DNA of 63,829 nucleotides, counting the filler, from Atractiella rhizophila (lineage: Eukaryota), in assembly GCA_021432655.1 (NCBI GenBank). It is 4 parts of 4 records of this genome, joined end to end, with 100 filler letters (N's around TTAATTAATTAA, not from the genome) between each part and the next. Parts side by side here need not be neighbours in the genome. Positions count along the whole stretch, not along the records: positions 1 to 23,552 come from MU271803.1; 3 more parts are not named here. The stretch is one strand, 5' to 3'. The translations under genes and the position numbers were made by a program. Positions 1 to 13,530 of this stretch are shown one piece after another (position 1 is the first letter of the stretch; each line of letters begins with the position of its first letter). Below the pieces are notes generated by a model. The model was given only the letters and a program-made list of their open reading frames with translations. It searched no databases and was not told the DNA's origin.

Positions 1-230
1 CATCATTTGCATTTCGTTTTGTCCAATCTTCAAATAGCAACATTATGTATTCAATTGGGATAAGCATTATGCTGCATTAAAATATCCGAATGTACTACTA
101 CAAACTCTACTGCAATCTATCCACAAATGCAACTTTGTACCCTTTCCAATGAGAAGATAATCCCCTGCGAAGTGTTGTCCTAGGGCTATCCATAGGTCGC
201 TTCGCCTAAGTGGACTTCCAGGCATTTGGA

Positions 231-2923
231 TCATGCGTGGAAAGTATTTTGTTTTGCGGCGTCCTTACCTATCTTGCGCGCCAGCTGCCTTTTTAGCACA
301 TCGGTCTTCTCTTGTCCTAACCAGTCTACGACCCATCTCCACATCGCCCAAATCTCAACCTTTCCAGCCTTCCCACTATTTTGCCACGCAGAAAGCGCCT
401 GCACCATGGTCGTTGTCTGGACGTCGAGCTCAACCGCTCGCATCCAAGTCAACAGTAGGGGTATGTTGTCTTCCGATCTTGTGACCCTGAAGAGACGGAT
501 AACAGATCGGAAAACCATGTTGTTGAACGTGATGTGAGGGTATTCGGAAGGATGAGCTGAGGAGAGACTCGGGAGAGGACGAGCGACTCCTTCTGCTGTC
601 CACACATTTCTAGGGATACCATCCGCCCGTTCCTTTTTAACGTATTCGGTGATGAGGAAATCCAAAGGTTTCTTGGACGTGGGCAGGATGATGGTTTGCA
701 CGAGATGGGGGTAATTGAGGTATAGAGCACGCCAAAAGATGTCGGCAACGAACTGGGTTGGATGAGCAAACTCCTGGGCTGCCTGGCGAGGCTCGCTATT
801 CCGCTTGTGGGTTGCGATGCTATCAGGTAACGAGCCGTCAAAACCCGAAATGAATCGATTGGAAGACGGAGAGGCGTTAATTGAGGCATGCAGGAGATGC
901 ACGAAACTGACATGGTTCGGGATCACTCCCCAAGTTCGCTCCATAGTTGACCAGAGGCGATAAGCATTGTTCCAGTCATGTCGATAACCCCACATCAGGT
1001 TGTTCACTACGTTATGTGTGATCTTTATCGACTTGTAACATCTCACAGTGAGGAGATTGAGCAGTTTATTCCCTCCAAAACTGGAATCGAAATCGCCCAG
1101 AGTCTGAATCGCGAGTCCTTCGACAGGAGGGAGAGGAATGGGTTCTTCTTCATCCACATCATTAGATTCAGAGGCAACAGGCTGGGCGAGCGTCTCGACG
1201 AATTCGTTGGCCAATTCCGTCTTCCCAACTTGGTTGTACATGATGACCAAGGTAGTAAGCATGTTGGCGTCGATTTTAAAGCTCGGGTCCTTCTCGAGAA
1301 TATCGATCAGAAAACCTTCAACTAGGTTCTGTCTATTCTCACTTGAACCCGGTGCCTTCACTCGCAATCCCGTTAGTCCATTTTGAACAATATTCCGATC
1401 TCCAGACTCCGTAAACCCAAGAGTATCTGCATTCGCTCCTCCGGCTTCCCTCATCGCCTGATACTTGCCCTTCAACTCCCTAAAAATCCGTATAAACGAC
1501 TTATAATCGTACGATTGTTTCGTCGCCAAATCAACCCTCACTCTCCAAGCCCAGCCCAAGGTTCTCGTCTCTAACACATCTTCGCCACTGATTTCGAGCT
1601 TCGGCCATGATACCTTCAGGTTTTCTGGAATATCGAAGCGACCTTTGGCGTGAAGAAACGATTCTAAGAAGTCAAAGTAGCGCTCTCCGTCATCCGGGTC
1701 GTGGTAAAATGAAGCGAGGTACCAGACGTGATCGCGAGTCACCGTCCGCCCTTCATCGATCCAAATGTTCACAGGATCTTCGCCCGCTTCTTCTAGGGCA
1801 AGAACCTCTTGTAGGTCACCGACCAAGCGACCAGGCAGGAGCCTGAGACATTTAGCGCTCTCTGCGGTTTTCCCTTCCTTGGAATAAACCACCAAAGAAC
1901 TCCTAACTATGTGTTCTGTTGCGGCTATACCTCGTCGTTCCATCTCCTCCAGCAGCATCTTCATAACATTTGAGTTCGATTGACGGTATTGGAAGAGGAT
2001 TCGGAATGTTAGAGAGTCAGGGGAGCAGTTAGACCGATCCATCGCCTCGAAATACAGGGGGAGCATCTCGAGCCAAGCATCCAATGGAAGGTTAGAGTTT
2101 TGAGCCGCGACAAGGACCCTATGATACTGTCCGCTCTTTCGTCGCATGTCTGGAGGAGTAAAGAAAAGATAGTATCGCATGATCTCTCGCACTCCGTGCC
2201 AGTGCCCAACATTGGCCAAACTCTTGATAGTGCTGATGAGGAATTCGAACCGATTAACCGGAGACATTTGCAACCAAACAGGAGAGGCGAGAACTCCAAT
2301 TGCCAATGTTCCTTCGTATCGAGTGCGGAGTTTGTGGGGGATTATTCGAAGGAGGTTGTCAGGCAGAGGAATAGGCGATTCGTCCGCAATGGTGGGGTGG
2401 TAGGAGAATGGGTCGTCCGGTTTAGATTCGAAAGTCTCCCATCTTTCGACGAGCTGTAGCGCATCCAGTGTGCCTAAGAAATCTGGTGCTTCGGCAGCAT
2501 CTACCCATGCTTGGAGCGTCTCGTTTCGCTCAGGTTGAGAGACGGGAAGTAGGGAGGAGAAGAGAACTGTGCTTGGAGGTATGTTGTGCTGTTTGAGATG
2601 GTATGCTAGCCGACCTTCCAGGGAGTTTGGTGGTATATTGGCTAAAGAGTATGAAGTGCTTCTTGGGATATTGGCATGACGCTTCTGCGGGAGAGTGGAA
2701 GGAGATGGACGTCGTTGACCGGGTTGAAGTCCTTTTTGGCGTTTTTTCGCATTTTCAACTCGTTCTTTGAACCTTTGTCAGTCATTAGCTCCAATTAAAC
2801 AATACACGTACGTCTTAGACTGAATATTCGCTTAGAAGCTAGGAACGACGAACTATGGACGGTTCTGACAGAATTCTGGACAAACAGTAGAGGCGGCGTG
2901 GAGAGAAGGAAAGGGATGCGCAT
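231..2923 (-). CDS. Pentatricopeptide-repeat (PPR) protein, probably mitochondrial
   Basis: 691-aa ORF with PPR-like segments (PDSLTFRILF, IDANMLTTLVIMY, GVIPNHVSFVHLLHA). The frame stays open upstream to ~2764. An ATG at 2923 (MRIPFLLS..., R/S-rich presequence-like) joins it via a 47-nt GTACGT..AAG intron at 2811-2765. Confidence 0.7.
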
Positions 2924-3181
2924 TATGTGGCATTTTGGCTCTATATAAAGTCATCAGATTTACAAAATGGATGCTATGAAGGACTCACCGTAGTCTCAGC
3001 ACTCAGAAGTCATCTCCAGTTTGTGCTACGTTTTGCTGTCCAAAATTTCTCGTGACTGTTTATTTCATCATCATCCTCATCAACAATCGTCAACCGTGCA
3101 CATGCAACCCGACGCCACAAAGAACCACCAACATCCTTCACATCCTTGTGAAACCCCAAAAAGTAGCGCTAAACCGTTAAT

Positions 3182-4447
3182 ATGGCACCTAAGAACACCC
3201 TTTTTGTCGCTGGGTAACTCTTTTACTCCTTTTCAACACAACACACAATATTGACCATCTTCGCTTGAAGATTTGGCACTTCAATACGTGCGAAGGACCT
3301 CGCTTATGAGTTTGAGCGGTATATATTTAAGTTCCCTCTTGAACTCCGCTGAGCAAGCATTCTGCAGATTTGGAAGGTTGATAAGATGCGACATCCCCGC
3401 TGCTAGGACCTCGTCCGCGAAACCGTGAGTGCCTCCTCATTTTTCCTACTTTTTCTTTGGGAATGTGGTCAGAGTGACGAGAGACGGGGTAAAATGAATC
3501 TGAGAGGGAAGTGTTATGGTTCAGAGCCATCGAGCCTCGGAATTGCCTCTCTTTCATGTTTATGACGCTCGAACCCCAAAACAGTTTACTCGAGAACCCT
3601 CGAACGTTTCGTATCCTGACCTAGCCTGACGGACGAGCGAGGTCCCTTCTGCGCTCGAGCGTTGACGACCAGATTATTCTACGCTCTCTTTCCTACGAGC
3701 GAACTAGTTGCGAGCGAGTCGACTCGTCTGATCTCAATATTTGCTCGAAAACCTACCTTTTGCGACTAGAGCGAACGAACGAGTTTCCCCGTTCCTGCCT
3801 TCCTTCCTTCGTAACCTGACGAGCGAACAATTACCTTCGTTTCTTCGAATCGCCTCGGTTTCGACAGTACAGTGACGATGGTAATAACGAGTTGATCACA
3901 ATAGGTATGCATTCGTGGAATTTGAAGACGACAGAGATGCGGAAGATGCATACTATGAAATGCATGGGAGGAGACTCGGTGGCCACACGCTGAATGTGCA
4001 GGTTTGTCCTTCTCCCCCTTTCGAGACAAATAAGTTTCTGAAATCTGCTCTATAGTGGGCTAAGAACGCTCCTTCCTCCTCCTGGAGATATGAGAGACGC
4101 TCTCCCTCTCCCGGGAGGTCTAGGAGGAGGTCAAGGAGTCCTCCCAGGAGGAGAAGGTCTCCTAGGTCTGTCTTTCCTGTCGCATCCTTATCGCCACCGA
4201 ATGATAAAACGTGAACAGTCCAAGATATTCCAGAAGTAGGCGGGACGACAGTCCTCCTCGTAGATCGGACAGAGACAGAGATTATGATGACAGGGACGGA
4301 GGAAGGGATGGAGGAAGGGATAGGGGTGACAGGGATAGGGAGAGAGGAAGGGACAGAAGCGTCAGCCCGAGGGGTGCGAAAGAGGATGTGGACGGAGATA
4401 AGGAGCGAGACAGGGAGAGGGAAGAGGAGAGGCCGAGGGATGATTAA
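3182..4447 (+). CDS. srp1: SR-family splicing factor (single RRM + RS/RD tail), Srp1-like
   Basis: Spliced exons read [11 protein letters not shown] / [16 protein letters not shown] / [19 protein letters not shown] / [32 protein letters not shown] / [12 protein letters not shown], followed by RS- and RD-rich repeats. Confidence 0.85.
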
Positions 4448-5677
4448 ATTCGTCCAGACGATCCTTTTTCCAATAGCGCATGATTGGGCCAGTAAAAGTA
4501 TGATTTCTTACGCTTGACTGCTTATCCAGTGACTTTGCAATTCAATACATGACATTGTGCCCCTAGTACGAGTTATGCCGGTTATTCCCCATTCAGTACC
4601 TGAGTTATTGTATCCCTTCCTTTGAAAAGAAGGATTGGATTGATTCCAATGTGCTATAAAGTCACGTGATCAGATCGCCTCTTTGAGTAGATTTTCATTG
4701 AACATTACGACTTTGACAATTTGTGATCAAACACTATGGCATCGTCTGCGTCCTTTCACCCCTTCCTCCTGCCATATTCCCCACATCTCCAGCCAGAACA
4801 CTTACAAAACCTCCCGAAGCCTTTAATTGTTGCTATCCATGGATTACTCAAGTTCATGCAGTGCGTCTGCTTGGTTGGATTGAACGCCGCGTTGATTGCC
4901 TGGCAATAGAGACGCATTGGGACATGAGGGGGAGGGAACCGAAGCAAAGAAAGTATGTTGTCTTTTGATTAGTTCGAGTGGTTGAAGGAACTGAGGGAGA
5001 TTGACAATACCTGCAAATTTCTTTGCATGTTGAGCTACTGTGCTAAGGCGCGATTCTGCCATTTGTGACCTCCCCAGGTAGTAGAGATTATTAAATTTGA
5101 TCAACCCATATTTGTTGGAGACTTTCCGCTTGCAATAATGCTCTCCCGAGAATATAACTGCCTGCTGCGTCAATCGCTCTGTGACCTGTAGTTTTTAAGT
5201 TCTCGGAACATAGAATTATTCCTACCTTCAGCTGGAGAGGCGATCTATCTATCGCCTATTCATTGTATGTGAAGGAAAACATAGCATTTTCGAGCCAGAA
5301 TTGGCGAAGAACCAATCTGATCCTCATTGACAGATAGCACACCTTCATCGTTCACTCACTCATGTCACGCAACTCTCCGCTACACTCTCCAGCCGTCTAA
5401 ACCAAGCCCTCGACGATCTAGCTCTCATACAATCACGCAGTTCGTCGCGAATCGAAAAACTAGAACAAGAGAGGGATGCCGTCATCATGGTGAACGAGAT
5501 GATGAAGCGTCGACTGGCTGCTCAGACTGGAGCAGCCCCACATGTTCCAATGAAGGGGAAAGGAAAGGAGAGGGTGCTGAATGAGGTTCCCGCAATGAAA
5601 ATCCACGTCCATCATCCGCGTTGGTTCCTTTTTGCTCTTGATTGTCCCAAGTGACGAAATGGCTGGATTTAGTTCGC

Positions 5678-7090
5678 ATGCGGCCACATTCTCCTGATAC
5701 CTCCTCCATCTCCTCAGGAAGCTCTCACTCTCATCATGCAGACGACAATTACGACGATAGTCGAGAAGAACGTAGTCGACACCTGATCGCTGATCTCACA
5801 AAGGCGTTGGAAAAGGAGCGTCATAGTCGTCAAGAAGAGCGTCACGAACACATGCTGAAAGTTGGTCCTTTCTCCTGTTCTGTCTACGGCCCTCTCACAT
5901 ATACTGTTATGACATGTTAGAATGAGGCTTTAAAACAACAACTGACCGTCCGAGAGGAGGAACTGACAAAATTTTGGGAGGAATTGGACGACTTTCTTGG
6001 ACTTAAAGGATTTGTCTATAGCAAGAGTATGGGATTAATTGAGGCATCAGAAACCGAGTCGGTATGATGATGTACTTGGATGAAAACATGTTGATTGGTG
6101 ATGATAGGAGAACAATCGACGAAAACCTACCAAACCCGACGATGCTGTGAAACAGACCTCCATACGACAACTGGAAAGGGAAATCGAGGAGCTTGAACAG
6201 GAGGTATGCCTTCTTTGCGCTATTGTTTCAAGCAGTTGAAAAGGATATGCTAGTTGAGGATCGTGCAAGAACGGAGATCCTTCTCACGTCCTGTCGATTC
6301 AAGCGGAGACGAGAGTCGGGAAGAGCTCCTCGTGTTCGTTCACCTTCTACCTACTTTCTGCCTGTATGACAAGAATTGCAGGGAGCGATCTCAATTGAAA
6401 CGCACTCTTCAAGCTCTCAACTCTCAAATCACTGAGCTGAAGGTCGATCTGAAGGAGGTAGAGAGAGAACGCGATCAACTCAAAGAGATGTCAGTGCGTA
6501 CTTTCTCTGGTATTAAAAAATATTGTTCGATCTGTTACTCGCAGAAAAGGCTAGGACCATCGCCGCCTGCAGCCTCACAAATAGATTTTGACGCCCACCG
6601 TATGGAGCTGGAGAATGAGAACCAACAGTATGCTTCTTTTAAGCTTCTCCCTTGCGCTCGTTTAATAACTTGGAATAGTTTACTGAACCTCTTGCGCAAC
6701 TCCGAGTCGCATGTGCGAGCCTTAGAAGAGCGTCTCGCTGTTCAAGAAGAAGAATTCGAAGCCATTGCTCAACGTGTCAAGAAGAGACTGGAAAATCAAG
6801 CGTCCAAGGTCCTTTCACTCCTGCGAGTCTTTAAGCAAACATTCTAACACTGTTTCTAGCTTGAGGAGTCGGAGGCTGATATTCTTACCATATTCGAATC
6901 CCTGGAGGAAGCTGAGAACGCTTTGGATGCAAACGCTGAACTGCTCAAGAAGGAACAGGAGCGGAGTGCACGTTTAGAAGCCTTAATCAAAAGTTGGAGC
7001 AAGGATGAAAAGGATGCTGGACGGAGTGGAAGCGTCGAAATAACCAGAAAGAAGCTACAAAGGGGGAGCGATAAGGAGTCGCCATCATAA
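5678..7090 (+). CDS. Multi-exon coiled-coil protein of unknown function
   Basis: E/K/R/L heptad-rich exons (LTKALEKERHSRQEE, LQALNSQITELKVDLKEVERERDQLKE, VRALEERLAVQEEEFEAIAQR) separated by short introns; stop TAA at 7088-7090. Confidence 0.6.
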
Positions 7091-8511
7091 GTTTCAAGTG
7101 CGCTGTCTCTTCACTCTTCAACTCAGCCTTCCCAGTAGTATCCTCTCTTCGCCGTTGATTGTTGTTCTATCATTGAATCTTCAGTGTGTACGAATCTCCC
7201 TCTTGCTCAATTAGCCGAGCCGACTCAGCTCATTTGCTCCATAAGAACGTATTGTGCTTGATGGTCTCTCCCGTTGCACGGCGAACGCTCGTCAGCCTAG
7301 TGCAGTACACTCACCATATTCGGAGATCCATTTGACTTTCAACCATAAATTTCAACTTTTGAGAGCAATGGGGAGTATCTGTCCTGTCATGCGTTGCTTT
7401 CCCCACTCTCTTTCGACTGGGTCGATGCCCGAGGATCCAACTTTTTGCATCTGTCATCTTCAAGCTCTCAACTCTCAAATCACTGAGCTGAAGGTCGATC
7501 TGAAGGAGGTAGAGAGAGAACGCGATCAACTCAAAGAGATGTCAGTGCGTATTTTCTCTCGTATTAAATGAACATGTTCGATCCGTTACTCGCAGAAAAG
7601 GCTTGGACCATCGCCTCCTGCAGCCTTACAGATGGATTTTGACGCCCACCGTATGGAGCTGGAGAATGAGAATCAACAGTATGCTTCTTTTAGGCTTCTC
7701 CCTTACGCTCGTTTACCACTTTGGAATAGTTTACTGAACCTCTTGCGCAACTCCGAGTCGCATGTGCGAGCCTTAGAAGAGCGTCTCGCTGTTCAAGAGG
7801 AAGAATTTGAGGCCATTGCTCAACGTGTCAAGAAGAAACTGGAAAATCAAGCTTCCAAGGTCCTTTACTCCTTCGAGTCCTTAAACAAACCTTCTAACAC
7901 CATTTCTAGCTTGAGGCGTCGGAGGCTGATATTCTTACCATATTCGAATCCCTGGAGGAAGCAGAGAACGCTTTGGATGCAAACGCTGAACTGCTGAAGA
8001 AGGAACAGGAGCGGAGTGCACGGTTAGAAGCCTTAATCAAAAGTTGGAGCAAGGATGAAAAGGATGGTGGACGGAGTGGAAGCGTCGATATAACCAGAAA
8101 GAAGCTACAAAAGGGGAGCGATAAGGAATCGCTGTCATAAGTTTCAAGTGCGCTGTCTCTTCACTCTTCAACTTCTTGGTAGTATATTGTCTCTCGATCT
8201 GGGCTGCCTTTGATTATTGTTCAATCATTGAATTCTTCAGTGTGTACGAATATCCTTCCTGCTCAATTAGCCGAGCCGACTCAGCTCCTTTGCTCCATAA
8301 GAACGTTTTGTGCTTGATGGTCTCTCCCGTTGCACGGCGAACGCTCGTCAGCCTAGTGCAGTACACTCACCATATTCGGAGATCCATTTGACTTTCAACC
8401 ATAAATTTCAACTTTTGAGAGCAATGGGGAGTATCTGTCCTGTCATGCGTTGCTTTCCCCACTCTCTTTCGACTGGGTCGATGCCCGAGGATCCAACTTT
8501 TTGCATCTGTC
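6406..8511. repeat. Direct tandem duplication of ~1.05 kb (copy 1 6406-7455, copy 2 7457-8511)
   Basis: Both copies begin TCTTCAAGCTCTCAACTCTC and end TTTTGCATCTGTC, with scattered substitutions between them. Confidence 0.95.
7457..8140 (+). pseudogene. 5'-truncated duplicate of the coiled-coil gene's 3' exons
   Basis: Repeats the exons from QALNSQITELK to the stop codon, with no 5' exons or start codon. Confidence 0.6.
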
Positions 8512-8917
8512 CGAAGGGAGGAAATGCACTTAGCTGTTTGTCATACTCTTGGCAAATCATCAAACATTGTTTGCAACCTGTGTACTTACCACCTACCGAA
8601 CGCTCGGCTTCTGCTCTTTTCTTTCCTTCCGGATCGAGAGGTGTCACCCCCACTTCGTCCTTCGGAAGAACAGTCCGATGGAAGCTGCCAATCCTCCCTG
8701 CGTGCAGACTCCTTCCATAACATGCGTTTCATGTTCCAGTTGCGGCTAAGGTGAAGGAGAGGCGTAGTCCGCTTCACCTTCATCCATAGCCCACGGTTGA
8801 CTAAGAAAGCCCAAAATCTGCTAACCTGAATATCGATAATCAAGTGGAATTGATACCCAAAGTATTCCAAGACTTTTCCAGCTTTAAGACTTGTTAACGT
8901 AACATTTGATTGATAAC

Positions 8918-9766
8918 ATGAAACTTTTGATTCCGTTCCTTTGTTTAGCGGCTTCAGCGGTGGCAACGCCAGTTCAGCTTGAAAAGGTATGTTATTTTTG
9001 CTCAAACGCCATTCTGACATCCCCAGCTCAGCGTCAAGGATGTCGTGACTGGACGACGGCGATTCCTTTCTATCGACTCCTGAATTCAGCACGAAGCGAC
9101 CATTTCTACACAAGTGTATGGCGTTCCCTCAGTTGTACCTCTTCCCACTTACATGCTACGTCATAGTCTGCTTCTGAGAGGTCCAACGCAATCAATAGTT
9201 TGGGCTACAAAGATGAGGGACAAATTGGGTACATATTTCCCACGCAACTGGCTGGTTCTGTGACTGTTCCTCTCTATCGATTCTGGGGGTAAGTGTTTAC
9301 AAGCCTTTAAATTTGGGCTGAACAACCCTTTAGGGCTTCTGCTACGGCCCATCGATACACGATCGAGTAAGGTTACACAGCTGCCCTGATTTCACACATT
9401 TATTCTTTCTCCTTTCTCCTTTATCCTTTCTCCAGCCCCAGTGAACGTGCCGCACTCCTAGCTACCGGTCTTTGGAGAGACGAAGGGATTGCTGGATATG
9501 TCTATCCTGAAGCAACCGGGTGTCCCGACGTGGGGGGATTGTACTATGGTGAGCATACTCCTACCACGAAGCCATAGTTAATGAATGGAACAGCTTACGC
9601 CCCAAATGCCGATTATGTTCTGGTTCTGGACAAGAGAGAGTGGCTTTATCTCCAAGGTCTTGGTTATGTTGACGGAGGTAGACCTTTTGGGGTTGCTTTG
9701 CCTTTGGAACCTTGTCCCAATCCTGATCCCGTAACTGGCGATTGTCCTTGGCCTGAGAAGAAGTAG
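8918..9766 (+). CDS. Small secreted protein with HFYT/PLYR repeats (DUF5648-like), paralog 1
   Basis: Signal peptide MKLLIPFLCLAASAVA and a KR Kex2 site; motifs PFYRLLN..DHFYT, GYKDEGQIGYIF, VPLYRFW, HRYT, WRDEGIAGYVY; multi-exon. Confidence 0.8.
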
Positions 9767-10742
9767 CGCCCCTTCATACTATCTTCCAATGAAATTCGAT
9801 GAAACATGTTAACGCTAACTGTCTTCCTCACTCGAGTTCTGAGTAATTTGAATCAGTCGGTGTATACGGTTGAGAAAGGGAGCTCGCGCAGTTACAATTT
9901 CATGCCAGTGATAACGGAGATTGAGGAAACATGATATTGACATGGACAAGGTCCAATTTCGAAACCTCTAGTCTGTTCAAGGCTTTAGTGACCACTGGTA
10001 GCTAGTGGGTCATTCACTCGCTTTGCTTACGATTTACATACTTGCACTATTTCAGATTTTCTTTCGCGTTGATCATCTGAGATGAGATCCTCTCTCTTCT
10101 CTCTTTCAATGCCTAACGCGTTTACGAGCCTTTCTGAGAAAGCACTGCCACTGAAAGCTACACGTTCAAGTTGACCGTGTATAGGGCACTTTGTCATCCT
10201 TGTCATTTCTCAGGAAAACATTCTATTTTCGTCGACGGTCGTCCTTTACTCAAACTCATCAACATCCCTTGCCGTCGTCTACGGTATGCGAACTTTGCCC
10301 TCCACATTGACCGCGGGGACTTAATCAGCACCTGGGCACTTCTCTCTTATAATCCCCACAGAGCACTGCAGCTTGATGTCGAAAACAACAAGAGGAACGT
10401 TTTTTCACCGTCGAACCCGAGAGATTTGGGAATGAATGCAGTGGTCGGGTTCGTCCCGCTTTCCCCCACTTGACCTTCGACAGAAGAAGTAGAAGCAGTG
10501 TTGTCTTTGACAAATATCGCCCCCTTGTCTTCCATTGCACGCGTTTTCGTTCCAATTGCGGATGAGGTGTGTCGTGGGAGAGGAAAGCAGTCCGCTTTCA
10601 GTAATGGCCCACCCTTGAGTCGACAGGGTCAAAAGTTGTCCTTTCGATGCTATCTTTTCTCTGTAAAGTGAAGGAGTAACATTGCCAGAGTCCAGACGAG
10701 TTTGAGTACTTGTTCTTCGAGAACACTTGATTGCGATTCCAG

Positions 10743-11576
10743 ATGAAATTTGTCCTCCCGTTGCTTTGTCTCGCGACTTCAGTGGTTGCAAGTCCCGTTC
10801 AGCTTGAAAAGGCACAAGTTTTCTGTTCTTGCAAGTCTATGCTGATTCGAACCTAGCGTCAAACTGGATGTCGCGACTGGTCAACAGCTAAGCCGTTCTA
10901 CAGGCTTTTGAATTCTCTACGCAGTGATCACTTCTATACTTCCGTGGGTCACTCCAATTCCTGAGGTCGCTCTCTCATGAAGCTAGTTGGTTAGGATGCT
11001 GCTGAAAGGTCTCGTGCAATCAGTAGTCTCGGATACAAAGATGAAGGGCAAATCGGCTACATCTTTCCCACCCAACTCGCAGGTTCTCTAACCGTTCCAC
11101 TTTATCGATTCTGGGGGTAAACTTTGCCTAGATGTCCACAATAGAGCTGAAGGATCTTTAGAGAGTCCGCCACAGCTCACAGATACACTATTGAGTGCGG
11201 AGTTCAGGTTTTTCTTGGAAAGCTACTGATCTGCTCCTACGGTCTTGCAGTGCCAACGAACGTGCAGCCATACTAGCTACTGGCCAGTGGAGAGACGAAG
11301 GCATTGCTGGCTACGTCTATCCTCCCGCTGCTGGATGTTCTGATGCAGTCGGGGTGTATTTTAGTGAGTAGCCTCCATCCCCAAATGTTTGGTATGTTGG
11401 TCGCTAAAAAAGAAGCAGCCTACGTCGCCAACTGGGACTACGTTTTCGTGGTGGACAAGAGAGAATGGCTCTACCTCCAGAGCTTGGGCTATGTCGATGG
11501 AGGCAGACCTTTTGTGCTTGCGGACCAGCCCGCACCTCCTTGTACTGTCGATCCTGTGACGGGTATCTGCGCTTAA
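10743..11576 (+). CDS. Small secreted protein with HFYT/PLYR repeats (DUF5648-like), paralog 2
   Basis: MKFVLPLLCLATSVVASPVQLEK-RQTGCRDW..PFYRLLNSLRSDHFYT; same exon layout as 8918-9766. Confidence 0.8.
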
Positions 11577-11956
11577 AGGAAAGAAATGGTTTGGTGCTTG
11601 GTGTCTGGCAGTCTTTAACACGTTTTGCTTTCCTCATGGACATCGTACGCTATACGCTACCTTCCCCACCTACTCAATCTGGGCTTTTCTGTGTATCCTG
11701 TCATGAATATTGACGATGAACGAAGAAAAGTGTCGCTACCTTGAATGTCAACTAGTATCACTTCAGGCAGGATTTGAAGCCCTTCACTGAGATGATGAAC
11801 GTTATTGGATTATGAACAGCGCTGATTGCAACTGGCATCGATCCGGAAGACATTGGGACTTGTGGATGCATACGATAATAAAGATTACAACAAGCACTAA
11901 CCACTAGCACATCTACAAACAACGAACAAAAGCGGGAAACAAGTCCTCCAAACCAA

Positions 11957-13530
11957 TCAAAGGAAGTATTGCTATGCAAAAAGCTCTCAGCCTCGGTGCC
12001 GGCTTCACGCATAAAATAAAAAGAGGAGAGGTACTCACACTGGCTTCTCCCAGACGCACGCCCGGCAATCCACCTGGACGCTCCTGATTCGGCACGGCGT
12101 TGAAGAGGAGGAAGTCGCGGTCGTCGATCTTCCTCTTTCCTCCGTCGTCGGGGATGGCGAGGACGGAGGCTACGTTGCCACATCTAACACACTCAGAGTC
12201 AACGTCCGCGGCTGATGCACAGGTACAGGTGAAGAGAATGGCTTAGAAGGGTAGGATGCGATTGCGGTTTTCGGGAGAGGGGAGAAAGGGAAGTCGCACC
12301 GATAACAGTAATTCGGGGCTGACCAAACGGTCACCAGGACATCGTCGAACATGAACTTGTAACCTTCCTGAACGAGCTGGTGCGCGCGAGCGATAAGCGA
12401 AAGATTGTTGAGATGGTTGAACTATTTCACCCAATCATCAGGTTGAACAGGGACTCAGGTGAAGGAGCGGGAGAGGGACAATGGAGAAATGGTGCTAGAA
12501 CACACCTCATGCGTGACCTTGGCCCCAAACAGCCATCCCGCTCCTCTCGGCGAAACTGACCAGGAATCGATATCGTCTGGGTCTGACCACATCAGATCTG
12601 TCCATTCCAAGCAATGTCATCCCGAGGTTCGTAAGTAATTCATATCCGAGCTCCGGAAGGGGAAAGGCGGTCCTGTTGGAGAGGAGGTGGAGGGAACGCA
12701 CCGCAGAACGCTCCTTCGTGAGGGATCTCCTGTGCTCGACTTATTACCCTCACTTGGTCCAGTGTCCGGATTTCGGGAGAAAGACCGCCGTGGACGCAGA
12801 GGATGGAGTTGTCTATTATCTGTCCTCCAACAAAGGGAAATAAAGAATATCATGAGCAATAGACAATCAGTGAAAACGTGAGGTTTAGAAGATCACGGTA
12901 TGATGAGGAAGAGGAGGACTCACAGCGGCTAAGTTGAGAAAGTCGAATACTCCACAACAAGCTTTCCAAACCGTCGCAGATCCGTACTTCTGCAAACACT
13001 CATCTGGTGTGATCCCAAACCTCCATGTCAGCTTTTCATATTGTCCCGTTGAGCTGAGCGAAAGACGGACCGTAGAACCCATATACTTGGGTGATCTGTC
13101 GCGACTCGTGGTTTCCGCGCAGGAGAGTGATCCGGTCCGGATAACGCGCTTTGAGGGTGAGGAGAAGGGAGAGGGTTTCGAGTGAGAAGTAGCCACGGTC
13201 GACGAAGTCTCCCTATCCACGCACAACGGATCACTACCGAATTCAACACGAGCCATGTCTCCCAATCGAAGTTCACCAGAGAAGACTAACCATGAAAACG
13301 TATCGCGTGCCGTCTTCCACCTCTCCACCGACATTGAAAAGCTCCAAGAGATCCCACAGCTGCCCGTGTATATCCCCGCAAACTACAACAGGGGAAGAGA
13401 CGGGCTGGATGTTGCACTCTTCAATGAGTATAGTCTTGACGAGCTCGCAGATCCACTTTATTGTCTCTTCGGGGAGGAACTGACATCGGCGGAGGAGGGA
13501 GAGCGAGTCGTCTAGCGAAAGAAGCGTCAT
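11957..13530 (-). CDS. SIT4: PPP-family Ser/Thr phosphatase, Sit4/Ppe1/PP6 type
   Basis: Motifs [44 protein letters not shown] and [11 protein letters not shown], ending QYFL-stop. Confidence 0.85.

Noticed and set aside
4600..5640. Several short ORFs between the SR gene and the coiled-coil gene
   Set aside because: No motifs or coherent exon structure.
8130..8790. Possible small minus-strand spliced gene (GTAAGT and GTGAGT donors)
   Set aside because: I could not build a consistent reading frame or recognise a product.
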